Of a DNA stretch of 47,448 nucleotides, positions 27,102 through 35,413 are shown in pieces. The stretch is from positions 336,068 to 383,515 of the forward strand of contig JBAQTB010000003.1 of assembly GCA_049296775.1 (NCBI GenBank), written 5' to 3'. Made by a program: the position numbers and the translations under genes. A model generated the notes under the pieces. That model made no database searches, was not told the origin of the DNA, and saw only the letters and a program-made list of their open reading frames with translations. The DNA comes from Patescibacteria group bacterium. Its GTDB lineage: Bacteria; Patescibacteriota; Patescibacteriia; UBA9934. Position 1 is the stretch's first letter. Each line of letters starts with the position of its first letter.

Positions 27102-29282
27102 ATGAGTCAACATCTAACGATAAAATCGGCTGATCTAGTGATTCCTTCACCAAAAGGTGAGCTAGATATCCGTAGTGTGCTCCACGCTTTACCGCAAGGC
27201 AAGGGCTGGGTTTTTGGTTTATTCAGCCTAGAGTCCAAAGATGAAACGGCTAAAGAGCGGATTGCCCATATTCTACGCAGCCACCTGGAGCACTTAGCCG
27301 CTGATCTGGCGGACGAACCGAATGTCGTCAGACGTTTTGAACAAGGCTTGAGCAGAGTTAATCGTGACCTAAACAGGGCCGCCAAAGATTTATCTTTAAA
27401 CATCGATAAATTTGATGCGGTGATTGGCGTCTTAGCGGGTCATCAAATCTTCTTGTCTGGAATTGGCAAACTGAAAGCGATCTTTTTACACAAAACCGCT
27501 GAACGCAGATACGTTATTTACGAACTGGATGAACAATTTCATGTTGACCAAGCCCACACCTGGGAAAAGCCGTTGGTTGCCGTGTTGGACGGGGAATTTC
27601 ATCCCGGAGATATCTTTTACTTAGCCTCCCCTATTCCGCGACTCGCCCTGAGCTTAGACGAGCTGCAGGATATTTTAGTAACCCTGCCGCCCGCTGGAGC
27701 CCTGCAACGCATTAGGCAATTCTTACCTGCCACAGACCACTTTGGCGGTATCGCCTTCCAAGCCATGCAAGAAGATAAGACCGGTATAGTCCGCAAAGCA
27801 AATCCGATTAGCTCCCTGCAGGAATTAGAAAATACCAAGGAACAAACAGCGAATGTCCTTGGCGACCAACAAGCTGACCTAGTGCATACCGTCAAAGAAA
27901 TGGCGTCTGGCATCAGTAAAAAACTGGCTAGCCCAGGCATGCGCGGCGCGCAAACTACTGCCAAACGTGGCCTAGCCTTAACCGTCAAAGGCCTGTCAAA
28001 AGTCATCGCAGTCCTAGCTGCTCTAGTCATGAAATTACAGGGCTATCTTAAGACACGTTTTAGAGAAGCGAGAACTTCAAGAGCCTTAAGACACGGTGTG
28101 GGCAGAACCAGAAACACTAGTAAACCTGGTTTCATGGGCGCTTCTAGAGCGTTTATGCGAGAACTCTCCGCCCCGCGTAAATTCGCTGTCATTAGCTTCA
28201 TGCTGGCCATGGTGGTGATTGGCGGCGTGGTCTTTATCAACGGCGGCGAATCTGAAGGCGACAAAACAGCCCTAGCCTTTGCGACTTCAGTTAAAGCTAT
28301 TGATGACAAAATCTTAGCCGCTGAAGCTAGTTTGATTTACAGAAATACTGAAGAGGCGCAACGCACTTTAAGTGAAGCGGCAGCCGGGCTAGAAACACTC
28401 CCCCGAGACACCAATGAGCACAGCGCGGAAGCCAATCGATTAGCCAAAGCTTTAGCCGCGCTACAAGCCAAAATTAGAGGTGTCACTTTGGTTGAGCCAA
28501 GCGTCATAGCTGATCTGAGAAGTATTGACGCTAGCGCCTCGCTTCTCACTGGCACTTTGACTCCAAACGGTATCATCGCCTTAGCTGACAACTTGAATGC
28601 CTATAAACTAGATAGCTTAAGCGGGGCCTGGATTAAGCAAGAAACGGTCAACGGTCCCGTATCCAGAATCACCTCAAGTACGACCCTGCAGAATGACGTT
28701 CTAGTAGTTGACGCTACGCAGCAGCTAGCTAGACTGGACCTAACCGCACTCACCCTCACCACCGTCAACAGTGGCACTAACGGCATGGCGAGTGTGGAAG
28801 ATATCACCACCTATAACGACACCCTGTACGCTCTAACCGCTGACAGTCAGCAAGTAGTCAAAATGCGCGCCCAATACCCTAGCTTTGAAGCTGGCACGGT
28901 CTGGATCAACGCCAATACTACTGATCTAACCAGCGCTAGAGCTATAGCCATCGATTCAGATGTCTATATGCTACTCGCCAATGACATCATCAAATTTACT
29001 AGCGGACGCGAACAAGATTGGCAAACAGCCACTATCGACCCGCCGCTTTCGGCCGCCACTGATCTGTATACATCGCTTGAATCGCCGTACTTGTACGTGC
29101 TCGACCCGGCTGAAACTCGCGTCTTAGTTCTACTCAAAGCTACCGGCGCTATACAGGCTCAATACGTGAACGAAGCCTTTGGACAAGCTGTCGGTTTCAT
29201 AGTTGAGGAAGCCACCAGCAAAATCACCGTCATCACTGGCACCGAGGCCCTAGAATTTACCCCCTCGCATTTGCTCAAATAA
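27102..29282 (+). CDS. hypothetical single-pass membrane protein (726 aa)
   Basis: A ~350-aa N-terminal domain is followed by a very basic stretch, then one TM helix (FAVISFMLAMVVIGGVVFI), then a ~340-aa C-terminal domain. The positive-inside rule puts the N-terminus in the cytoplasm. No family recognised. Confidence 0.6.
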   Translation: MSQHLTIKSADLVIPSPKGELDIRSVLHALPQGKGWVFGLFSLESKDETAKERIAHILRSHLEHLAADLADEPNVVRRFEQGLSRVNRDLNRAAKDLSLNIDKFDAVIGVLAGHQIFLSGIGKLKAIFLHKTAERRYVIYELDEQFHVDQAHTWEKPLVAVLDGEFHPGDIFYLASPIPRLALSLDELQDILVTLPPAGALQRIRQFLPATDHFGGIAFQAMQEDKTGIVRKANPISSLQELENTKEQTANVLGDQQADLVHTVKEMASGISKKLASPGMRGAQTTAKRGLALTVKGLSKVIAVLAALVMKLQGYLKTRFREARTSRALRHGVGRTRNTSKPGFMGASRAFMRELSAPRKFAVISFMLAMVVIGGVVFINGGESEGDKTALAFATSVKAIDDKILAAEASLIYRNTEEAQRTLSEAAAGLETLPRDTNEHSAEANRLAKALAALQAKIRGVTLVEPSVIADLRSIDASASLLTGTLTPNGIIALADNLNAYKLDSLSGAWIKQETVNGPVSRITSSTTLQNDVLVVDATQQLARLDLTALTLTTVNSGTNGMASVEDITTYNDTLYALTADSQQVVKMRAQYPSFEAGTVWINANTTDLTSARAIAIDSDVYMLLANDIIKFTSGREQDWQTATIDPPLSAATDLYTSLESPYLYVLDPAETRVLVLLKATGAIQAQYVNEAFGQAVGFIVEEATSKITVITGTEALEFTPSHLLK

Positions 29283-29310
29283 AAATACCGCTCACGTGAG
29301 CGGTATTTTT
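29281..29310. terminator. bidirectional intrinsic terminator
   Basis: Perfect palindrome aaaaataccgctcac/gtgagcggtattttt between convergent genes. Confidence 0.75.
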
Positions 29311-29338
29311 CTGAATAACTCTAGGGACCAAGAAGTAC

Positions 29339-29740
29339 TTACTTCAAAGTTACTACAGCACCAGCAGCCTCTAGCTTAGCCTTCATATCGTCAGCTTCAG
29401 CCTGGCTTGCGTTCTCTTTAACTGCCTTTGGAGCAGCATCAACGATATCCTTAGCTTCCTTCAAGCCAAGACCGGTCAACTCACGCACAGCCTTGATCAC
29501 GTTGATCTTGCTGTCACCAGCAGCGGTCAACTCAACAGTGAAAGAGCTCTTCTCCTCAGCGGCGGCAGCGCCAGCAGCTGGAGCAGCCATCATCATAGCT
29601 GGAGCAGCAGCAGAAACGCCGAACTTGTCTTCCAAAACCTTTACCAATTCGGCAAGATCTAGAACAGACATCTTCTCAACACTCTCTACCAATGACTTGA
29701 ACTTCTCTGGTACCTCTACGTTCTTCATTTCGTCTGACAT
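29339..29740 (-). CDS. rplL: 50S ribosomal protein L7/L12
   Basis: N-terminal dimerisation helix, an Ala-rich hinge ([21 protein letters not shown]), and a C-terminal domain [21 protein letters not shown]... Confidence 0.95.
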   Translation of the reverse strand: MSDEMKNVEVPEKFKSLVESVEKMSVLDLAELVKVLEDKFGVSAAAPAMMMAAPAAGAAAAEEKSSFTVELTAAGDSKINVIKAVRELTGLGLKEAKDIVDAAPKAVKENASQAEADDMKAKLEAAGAVVTLK

Positions 29741-29763
29741 ATTAGATTCTACTATATCGATTA

Positions 29764-30312
29764 TTAAGCCTTCTTATCTTTAATCGCACCGATCACAGTC
29801 ACCAAGCCGCGTAAGTTACCAGCTAAGACATTCACAAAGCCAGAGATTGGAGCGTTCAAAGTACCTACCAGCTGACCGAGCAATTGCTGCTTGGTTGGCA
29901 ATGAGGCCAAACGCTTTACTTCATCCGCATTCATGAACTTTCCTTCTAGAATACCAGCGATCAATTGCATGGTAACTAGTTTGTCTTTGCTCTCAAGCTT
30001 CTTGCTAGCTGCAAGGTCGCTCAAAAGCTTAGCTGCCGACACCTCATCAGCGTAGCTCACAGCGGTTAGGATGGAACCATCCATGCCGTCTGTCGCCATA
30101 CCCTCAATGCCAGCCTCCTTAGCAGCGATTGCGAGCAAAGTACGCTTGGTAATAAATACCTCAACGTTCTGCTCGGCAGCCTTGGCACGGAGCTTGTCCG
30201 CGTCAGCCATGGTATAACCAGACACCTGAGAGAAGGCCGCAGCCTTCATGCGCTTGAGACGATCGGCGACTTTGGCCACGATTTCGGCCTTTTGGGCACG
30301 AGTTTTTGGCAT
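29764..30312 (-). CDS. rplJ: 50S ribosomal protein L10
   Basis: Lies immediately upstream of rplL. 182 aa; the N-terminus [35 protein letters not shown] is the L10 pattern. Confidence 0.9.
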   Translation of the reverse strand: MPKTRAQKAEIVAKVADRLKRMKAAAFSQVSGYTMADADKLRAKAAEQNVEVFITKRTLLAIAAKEAGIEGMATDGMDGSILTAVSYADEVSAAKLLSDLAASKKLESKDKLVTMQLIAGILEGKFMNADEVKRLASLPTKQQLLGQLVGTLNAPISGFVNVLAGNLRGLVTVIGAIKDKKA

Positions 30313-30322
30313 ACATCGTCGT

Positions 30323-30349
30323 AAAAAAAATTAGCGCCATCGTTGGCGC
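30323..30349 (-). terminator. terminator-like hairpin inside the rplJ leader (candidate attenuator)
   Basis: Minus strand reads GCGCCA-ACGA-TGGCGC followed by TAATTTTTTTT, ending only ~10 nt before the rplJ ATG. Confidence 0.45.
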
Positions 30350-30456
30350 AAAACATATGAAAATAGACAATATTTTGGCTATTTTCATCGATATTCTCGA
30401 CGGGACTTATGGAGATAAACTCCGACCCGAGTTCTGCGAATTTCGACGGTAGCCAT

Positions 30457-30485
30457 AGATTAGCGGAGAAAATCAGCTACGTCAA
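30457..30485 (-). promoter_or_regulatory. candidate rplJL promoter
   Basis: Minus strand reads TTGACG (30485-30480) - 17 nt - TAATCT (30462-30457). The -35 box overlaps the stop codon of the upstream cohesin-like gene. It gives a ~140-nt leader. Confidence 0.45.
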
Positions 30486-31762
30486 GACTCATGGTGGTCG
30501 GAATGATCCAGATCATGATGATGCTGCAATTCCGCCTGCTCATGCTCCTCAGCTTGAATTTGACGCAAAGCCTCACGGTAACGCCTCAGCCTGTGCCAGA
30601 TGTGCAGATGGAAGAGGTAATACAAGAGCAAAATCACCAAACCAATGCCGAGCAAGACAAAGATATTATCCTTGACTAGGCGAATAATTGATGCGCCCAC
30701 GGTCACGTTAATATGCTCATCCGTGACATTCCCAGCTTTATCAAAAACTCTCACCACCACCCTAAAACGACTACCGATCAAACTCGGTAGCTGATAAGGG
30801 CTCTCTGTACGCACAAACACCGGCGATTCATCAGCAGATTGGCTAGCTTCCAAAACACCAACTTCATAATGGTCTATCCCAGAGTGTTCGTCAGTAGTGA
30901 AAAAAGAAATAAACACCTTGGCCTGCTCATTAGAAAACAGCACTTCTGACACGGGCTTAAACTTAGCCGGCGGTTGAGTATCAACACGTAACAGTAAATG
31001 GGTCGGTGTGCCCCACACGTCTTGTCTACGCGCTTTCACATGAAAATACCAAACACCGTCTGCCACATCATTGAAACTCACAATCGCGTCGCTCGTATCC
31101 GGAGTATTGTCAGGAACGGTAAACGGCTTGTTATCTAGTTCGTAGCTAAAATCGGTGACGCCGGATTGCTTCTCTAACGTCAACGTGATCGAATTATTGT
31201 TGTACCACTGATCACTAAACGGATGCGTATCTGAGTACACGTTAACCCCCTCCAATGGCCGCGGAGTGATCGAAAATGTTGCCCTCCCCAAACCGGATAG
31301 CGTTTGAGTGCCTAGACCGTCATTAGCCAAAACGCTGGAACTGGACCGGATCTCAACAACTGCCGTGCCGGGATTAATGGCTTCAAAAGTAATCGTTGAA
31401 ACTAGTCCGCTACTCGTAGTAATGCCATTTGGGATAACGCCCACCAGATGAGCTGTGCCGTTTACATTAGAATAAACGGGAGGCTCAAGCCAGATAGCTA
31501 ACAAAGACTTATCTGACGACGGCTTCACGATTCTCAGCTTGTCAGCAGGAAAACTAATATCAACCTGAACCGTATTAATGCTCTGACCCTGGGAATTCAA
31601 CAGGACTGAAACATCAAAAGTAGAACCTACGAGATTAGTTCCAGCCGCTGGTGAAAAAAATAGCTGTGTACCCTCCGTTTGCGCCTGTGTGGTGACGGGA
31701 AAAGTTGGCCAGGCCAAGCCCACCAATAGCGTCAACATTAAGCAAAAACGAAAAAAACGCAT
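30482..31762 (-). CDS. cohesin-like domain protein A (signal peptide, cohesin-like module, two further beta-rich modules, TM anchor, His-rich tail)
   Basis: Signal peptide MRFFRFCLMLTLLVGLAWPTFPVTTQA. Cohesin-like module LFFSPAAGTNLVGSTFDVSVLLNSQGQSINTVQVDISFPADKLRIV...LAIWLEPPVYSNVNGTAHLVGVIPNG. TM helix IFVLLGIGLVILLLYYLF. Tail ...HEQAELQHHHDLDHSDHHES. Confidence 0.6.
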   Translation of the reverse strand: MRFFRFCLMLTLLVGLAWPTFPVTTQAQTEGTQLFFSPAAGTNLVGSTFDVSVLLNSQGQSINTVQVDISFPADKLRIVKPSSDKSLLAIWLEPPVYSNVNGTAHLVGVIPNGITTSSGLVSTITFEAINPGTAVVEIRSSSSVLANDGLGTQTLSGLGRATFSITPRPLEGVNVYSDTHPFSDQWYNNNSITLTLEKQSGVTDFSYELDNKPFTVPDNTPDTSDAIVSFNDVADGVWYFHVKARRQDVWGTPTHLLLRVDTQPPAKFKPVSEVLFSNEQAKVFISFFTTDEHSGIDHYEVGVLEASQSADESPVFVRTESPYQLPSLIGSRFRVVVRVFDKAGNVTDEHINVTVGASIIRLVKDNIFVLLGIGLVILLLYYLFHLHIWHRLRRYREALRQIQAEEHEQAELQHHHDLDHSDHHES

Positions 31763-31768
31763 ACACCG

Positions 31769-32773
31769 CTACAACTCCGTTAATGACTTCTCAAGTTGAT
31801 CCTCTAAATTAACCAGTGCCTTTGACGCCGCCAAGACCGCAACCTTGGCCGCCTTAGGTAAGTTGCGTTGCCGACTAAGCTTTTCCAAATCATGCAAATG
31901 TTTAGCGGTGCTCAAATTAATCATTTTCAACCTGCGACTAACTGGAACTGACCTTGAGTCCCTTGGAGCGCGCCCACCCCAACCAAAGTGAGCCTTAACC
32001 AAGCCTACCAGAGCAAGCAGTACCAAACCCACCAAAGCCAAAAGCAGCAAGGCGAAGACTATGAAAATTACGAGTTCAAAAGTTTGCATGGCGCCTAACT
32101 GTTTAAATAGACCCTTCTGTTCATCTGAATCAGTTCCGACGACATCAAGACCAAAAGCTGAGGCTAAAGCGGTATGAATACCGGCTACCCTGCCAATCGG
32201 ATGCCAATCATACGCGGCTACCGGCTCAGTGCCATCACCTTCCTCCCCGATCAGAGCAGTGCCAGCGGGATTAGCTGCGAAAGCAAAGCTGGCTGCCCCA
32301 AAGTCACCAGAAATATCTGTACCGTTCCCGTCATTTGCTAAAACCAAGCCGTTTACAAAACTGAGATTAGCCGACTCTTCACCCAAAACCTCAAAGGTGA
32401 CGTTCAAAAGCTTACCGCCCGTCCCCTGATAGCCGGGATTCGGAATAAGACCTTCAAAACTCAAAGTTCCCGAAGTGTTGGAATAAGCTGGCTCACGTAC
32501 CCAGAGTTGAATCATTGATCCAGACTTTGAAACGGAAGTAATCTTGACTTGATCAGGTGGAAATTGAATCAGGGCTGAGAAAGCGCTAGCCGGCTGATCC
32601 GAACTATCCGCGTAAATACCCACTGTGAAAGATGAATGTGCCGAATACGTACCGCCACTGGGAGAAAAATACTGACTAGCTGCCTGCGCAGACACAGTCA
32701 TGGACAGCGCGCAGACTAAACTTAAAAGTATTCCCCCTACCCGCGGCGCCCACGATGCAATTTTTTCGCCCAT
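31769..32773 (-). CDS. cohesin-like domain protein B (signal peptide, cohesin-like module, TM anchor, cytoplasmic tail)
   Basis: The ATG at 32773 (MGEKIASWAPRVGGILLSLVCALSMTVSAQA) is preferred to the track's GTG at 32854. Cohesin-like module QYFSPSGGTYSAHSSFTVGIYADSS...IQLWVREPAYSNTSGTLSFEGLIPNPGYQGTGGKLLNVTFEV. TM helix FELVIFIVFALLLLALVGLVLLALVGLV. Confidence 0.6.
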   Translation of the reverse strand: MGEKIASWAPRVGGILLSLVCALSMTVSAQAASQYFSPSGGTYSAHSSFTVGIYADSSDQPASAFSALIQFPPDQVKITSVSKSGSMIQLWVREPAYSNTSGTLSFEGLIPNPGYQGTGGKLLNVTFEVLGEESANLSFVNGLVLANDGNGTDISGDFGAASFAFAANPAGTALIGEEGDGTEPVAAYDWHPIGRVAGIHTALASAFGLDVVGTDSDEQKGLFKQLGAMQTFELVIFIVFALLLLALVGLVLLALVGLVKAHFGWGGRAPRDSRSVPVSRRLKMINLSTAKHLHDLEKLSRQRNLPKAAKVAVLAASKALVNLEDQLEKSLTEL

Positions 32774-33546
32774 AGGTGACGAAGGAAAATAACTCCGACC
32801 ACTCCCAAGAAAACTAAGCCAAGTATACCCCAAAATTGATAGCCCTCGTACCACTCATGCTCAGCCGTACCAACCATCTGGACAACCCTCTCATTCCCAG
32901 CTTTATCAATAGCCTTTACCCTCACAACACGCCGCAAGTTCTGGTCGATCAAAACATGTGGGCTATTGGCCGTAACCCAGCCGCCCTGACCTTCTTTAAC
33001 CTCATACCTATCAATCCCGCTTCCCTTATCCTGAGCTGAAAAAATTACCGCCCACTGATCAAACTCGGCTGGAGAACCTAGCACGGGTGTAAAAATCTCC
33101 GGCGGCTCAGTGTCTAATGGCGCCGTGTATTCACCTACCTCACCTTCACTGACCACGGTGAATTGCAACGGGCCAGGCACAACCTCAGCATCACTCCCCA
33201 GACCATCACTCAGTAAAATACGGGTATCTTCAGCTGACAAGTTCGCTACCCCTAAGCTATTCGCTTGCAGCACCAATACGAACAGCTCAGCCCGATCACC
33301 TGAATACCCACCAGGAATGGCTCCGCTAAACTCAACTCCACCCGCCGCCGCATGTGGTCGTTCGATCCATAAACTCACGGCAGAGTTGCCATCGCGTATA
33401 TTTATAAGCCTAAAACCTTCCGGCAAGTTAATCTTGCTCTCGATAGCCGCGACGGTTTGTCCGTGCGTATCCAGAAATACGCCAACTTCAAAAGTTTCAT
33501 TAAGCGTAACGGATAAGTCTGACATGCCGAAATAAATCTGTGCCAT
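32737..33546 (-). CDS. cohesin-like domain protein C (no obvious signal peptide; cohesin-like module, DKAGN module, TM anchor)
   Basis: The ATG at 33546 (MAQIYFGMSDLSVTLNETFEVGVFLDTHGQ...), 5 nt after the dockerin-gene stop, is preferred to the track's GTG at 33609. It shares the DTxPP...SGIDxYEV...DKAGN module with protein A. TM helix FWGILGLVFLGVVGVIFL plus a basic tail. Confidence 0.55.
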   Translation of the reverse strand: MAQIYFGMSDLSVTLNETFEVGVFLDTHGQTVAAIESKINLPEGFRLINIRDGNSAVSLWIERPHAAAGGVEFSGAIPGGYSGDRAELFVLVLQANSLGVANLSAEDTRILLSDGLGSDAEVVPGPLQFTVVSEGEVGEYTAPLDTEPPEIFTPVLGSPAEFDQWAVIFSAQDKGSGIDRYEVKEGQGGWVTANSPHVLIDQNLRRVVRVKAIDKAGNERVVQMVGTAEHEWYEGYQFWGILGLVFLGVVGVIFLRHLWAKKLHRGRRG

Positions 33547-33550
33547 ACGT

Positions 33551-34882
33551 CTAGCCTGACCAGTAATAAGCCATGATCGCAAAATCGACCAAGTCCAACC
33601 TACCGTCACCGTTCAAATGATTCTGCTCCTTAATGCTAAAAGCCGGACTGAGTTCTCGCTTATACCAAAAACCCGCAATCGCAAAATCGACTAAATTAAC
33701 TTGACCGTCTTCATTTAAATCACCCTTCAAATAAGTCTCGTCTATTACGGGTACATTCTCATCTGCCACAGTAAAAGTCTGCGGAGTGCCAAAATCACTC
33801 TGTCCGGCCAGGCCGCTACTTCGGCTCATGACCGTATAATTGCCTAAACGTAAAGCCTGCGTTGGTAATGAATAACTATATTTTCCAGCTTCGTCCGCTG
33901 AGGTCTCAATCAAGTCAACGGTCTGACCGTCTAAAAAAATACTTACTAAACTAGCGGGTGCCGTTTGACCAAAAATCGAAATGCTATCACCTCTTTTTAC
34001 TTGTGACTTAGTCAGACTCAAAGTCGGAGATAGGTAAATACCGCTAATGTTTGTAATATTTTCACTAGCAATCGCTACCCTGAAGGTTCGGACCGCTGAA
34101 CGATGCCCGGCAGTATCTTCACCGTAAATCACAAAATTATATGTGCCAGTACTCAAACCAGTCAGCGCCATTTCAAAGGTACCATTTGATGCCGCTTCAG
34201 TATCTAGAGCGAATTCACCATCTTTCAGCAAAGTAATCCTACCCCTTGGAAAGGCGGTACCCGCAAAAGTCACTAAATTATCTCCAGCCTCCGTACCTCC
34301 ATCAACAGGTCCAGGTGATCCACCACCCCCGCCTCCGCCGCTACCACCAGCTCCACCGCCACCAGCCGCTACTGGCACCGAACTAACTTCAGACGAATAA
34401 GTATTCTGGTTTAAATTTGCATCGTTAACCTTAATCACAAAGTAGTAAATGGTGTCATTGGTCAGACCCGTCACAGTTGTGGAAGTAGAGACTCCAACGC
34501 TGGTATAAGTATACGGTCCACCAGAGGCCGTGGCTTGACCAACGGAATAGCTAGAAACTACGCCCCCGAAATACGTGGTTGAGGCCGTCCAGCTTAAATC
34601 CACCTCTGTATCACCAGCTGTAGCGGTAATCACCGGAGACGTAAAGTGAGCATAGCTCTCAGTACCGGCCCGACCCACAAACGCCCCACCAGCGCTGTAG
34701 CCGCTCTCAATTCTAGCACCGGTCTGTGAAAACACCGCAAACGACGAAGAGCTAGAATAACCACCCACTAAAGTTAAAAAAGGATCACGTAAAATAAAAT
34801 CGCTCCCGGAATAATCCTCCGCTAACACTAAAGCGGAAGGCCAGAGCATTGCTGCCATGAGTAACCAGGCCAAAATCCTCAT
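33551..34882 (-). CDS. secreted FN3 / Ig-like protein with a C-terminal type-I-like dockerin
   Basis: Signal peptide MRILAWLLMAAMLWPSALVLA. FN3 pattern (VDLSWTAS...VTGLTNDTIYYFVIKV). Gly linker GGGGAGGSGGGGGGGSPGP. Two Ig-like modules. The C-terminus has a duplicated Ca-loop/helix: DLNEDGQVNLVDFAIAGF and LNGDGRLDLVDFAIMAY. Confidence 0.7.
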   Translation of the reverse strand: MRILAWLLMAAMLWPSALVLAEDYSGSDFILRDPFLTLVGGYSSSSSFAVFSQTGARIESGYSAGGAFVGRAGTESYAHFTSPVITATAGDTEVDLSWTASTTYFGGVVSSYSVGQATASGGPYTYTSVGVSTSTTVTGLTNDTIYYFVIKVNDANLNQNTYSSEVSSVPVAAGGGGAGGSGGGGGGGSPGPVDGGTEAGDNLVTFAGTAFPRGRITLLKDGEFALDTEAASNGTFEMALTGLSTGTYNFVIYGEDTAGHRSAVRTFRVAIASENITNISGIYLSPTLSLTKSQVKRGDSISIFGQTAPASLVSIFLDGQTVDLIETSADEAGKYSYSLPTQALRLGNYTVMSRSSGLAGQSDFGTPQTFTVADENVPVIDETYLKGDLNEDGQVNLVDFAIAGFWYKRELSPAFSIKEQNHLNGDGRLDLVDFAIMAYYWSG

Positions 34883-34897
34883 AGTCGCCTGAAGTGA

Positions 34898-35341
34898 CTA
34901 GTTATTAGCTTCATTTTCAGCACTTGCGCCTGCCACGTCTGGCTCCAGAGGGCTACCAGTGTCTGCACCTAAGCTGATAGGTGCTACTTCAACAATTTTA
35001 TTTGCTACTGGATCATATAAAATAGCTTTCTTGGCATTCGTATACAGCAAAACCCTGTCGCCAGTCTTGGCATTCGCAAAAAAAGTCTGGTCCCTGAGCC
35101 GTTCAGGATCAGCCACGGTAGCCACCGTAGGAGTTTCATCAGTGGGTAAAACGATTAATTTACCAACATCCATAATCAGTCTATCGACCTCAGCTGCCGC
35201 CAAAGTGTCGGAATCAGTCTTCAGCGTTTGCATTTCCAAAAATAGGTAGACGCCGGCTGCAATCGAACTCAGCAACAACAAGACTAAAACCGGCACTATG
35301 AGGCGCTTCCACCACGGTTTTCTCAAGCCTGAGTCTGACAT
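34898..35341 (-). CDS. hypothetical N-terminally anchored small protein (147 aa)
   Basis: A basic N-terminus plus TM helix (RKPWWKRLIVPVLVLLLLSSIAAGVYLFL), then a ~100-aa external domain. No family recognised. Confidence 0.5.
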   Translation of the reverse strand: MSDSGLRKPWWKRLIVPVLVLLLLSSIAAGVYLFLEMQTLKTDSDTLAAAEVDRLIMDVGKLIVLPTDETPTVATVADPERLRDQTFFANAKTGDRVLLYTNAKKAILYDPVANKIVEVAPISLGADTGSPLEPDVAGASAENEANN

Positions 35342-35366
35342 AAAATAGAATCAATCATTTAAACAC

Positions 35367-35375
35367 ATTCTAGCA
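35367..35375 (-). promoter_or_regulatory. possible extended -10 promoter
   Basis: Minus strand reads TGcTAGAAT about 25 nt upstream of the 35341 ATG, with no good -35 box. Confidence 0.3.
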
Positions 35376-35413
35376 TGTTCAAGCTCCCAGAGCTACAACC
35401 AGCCTTAATTTAA

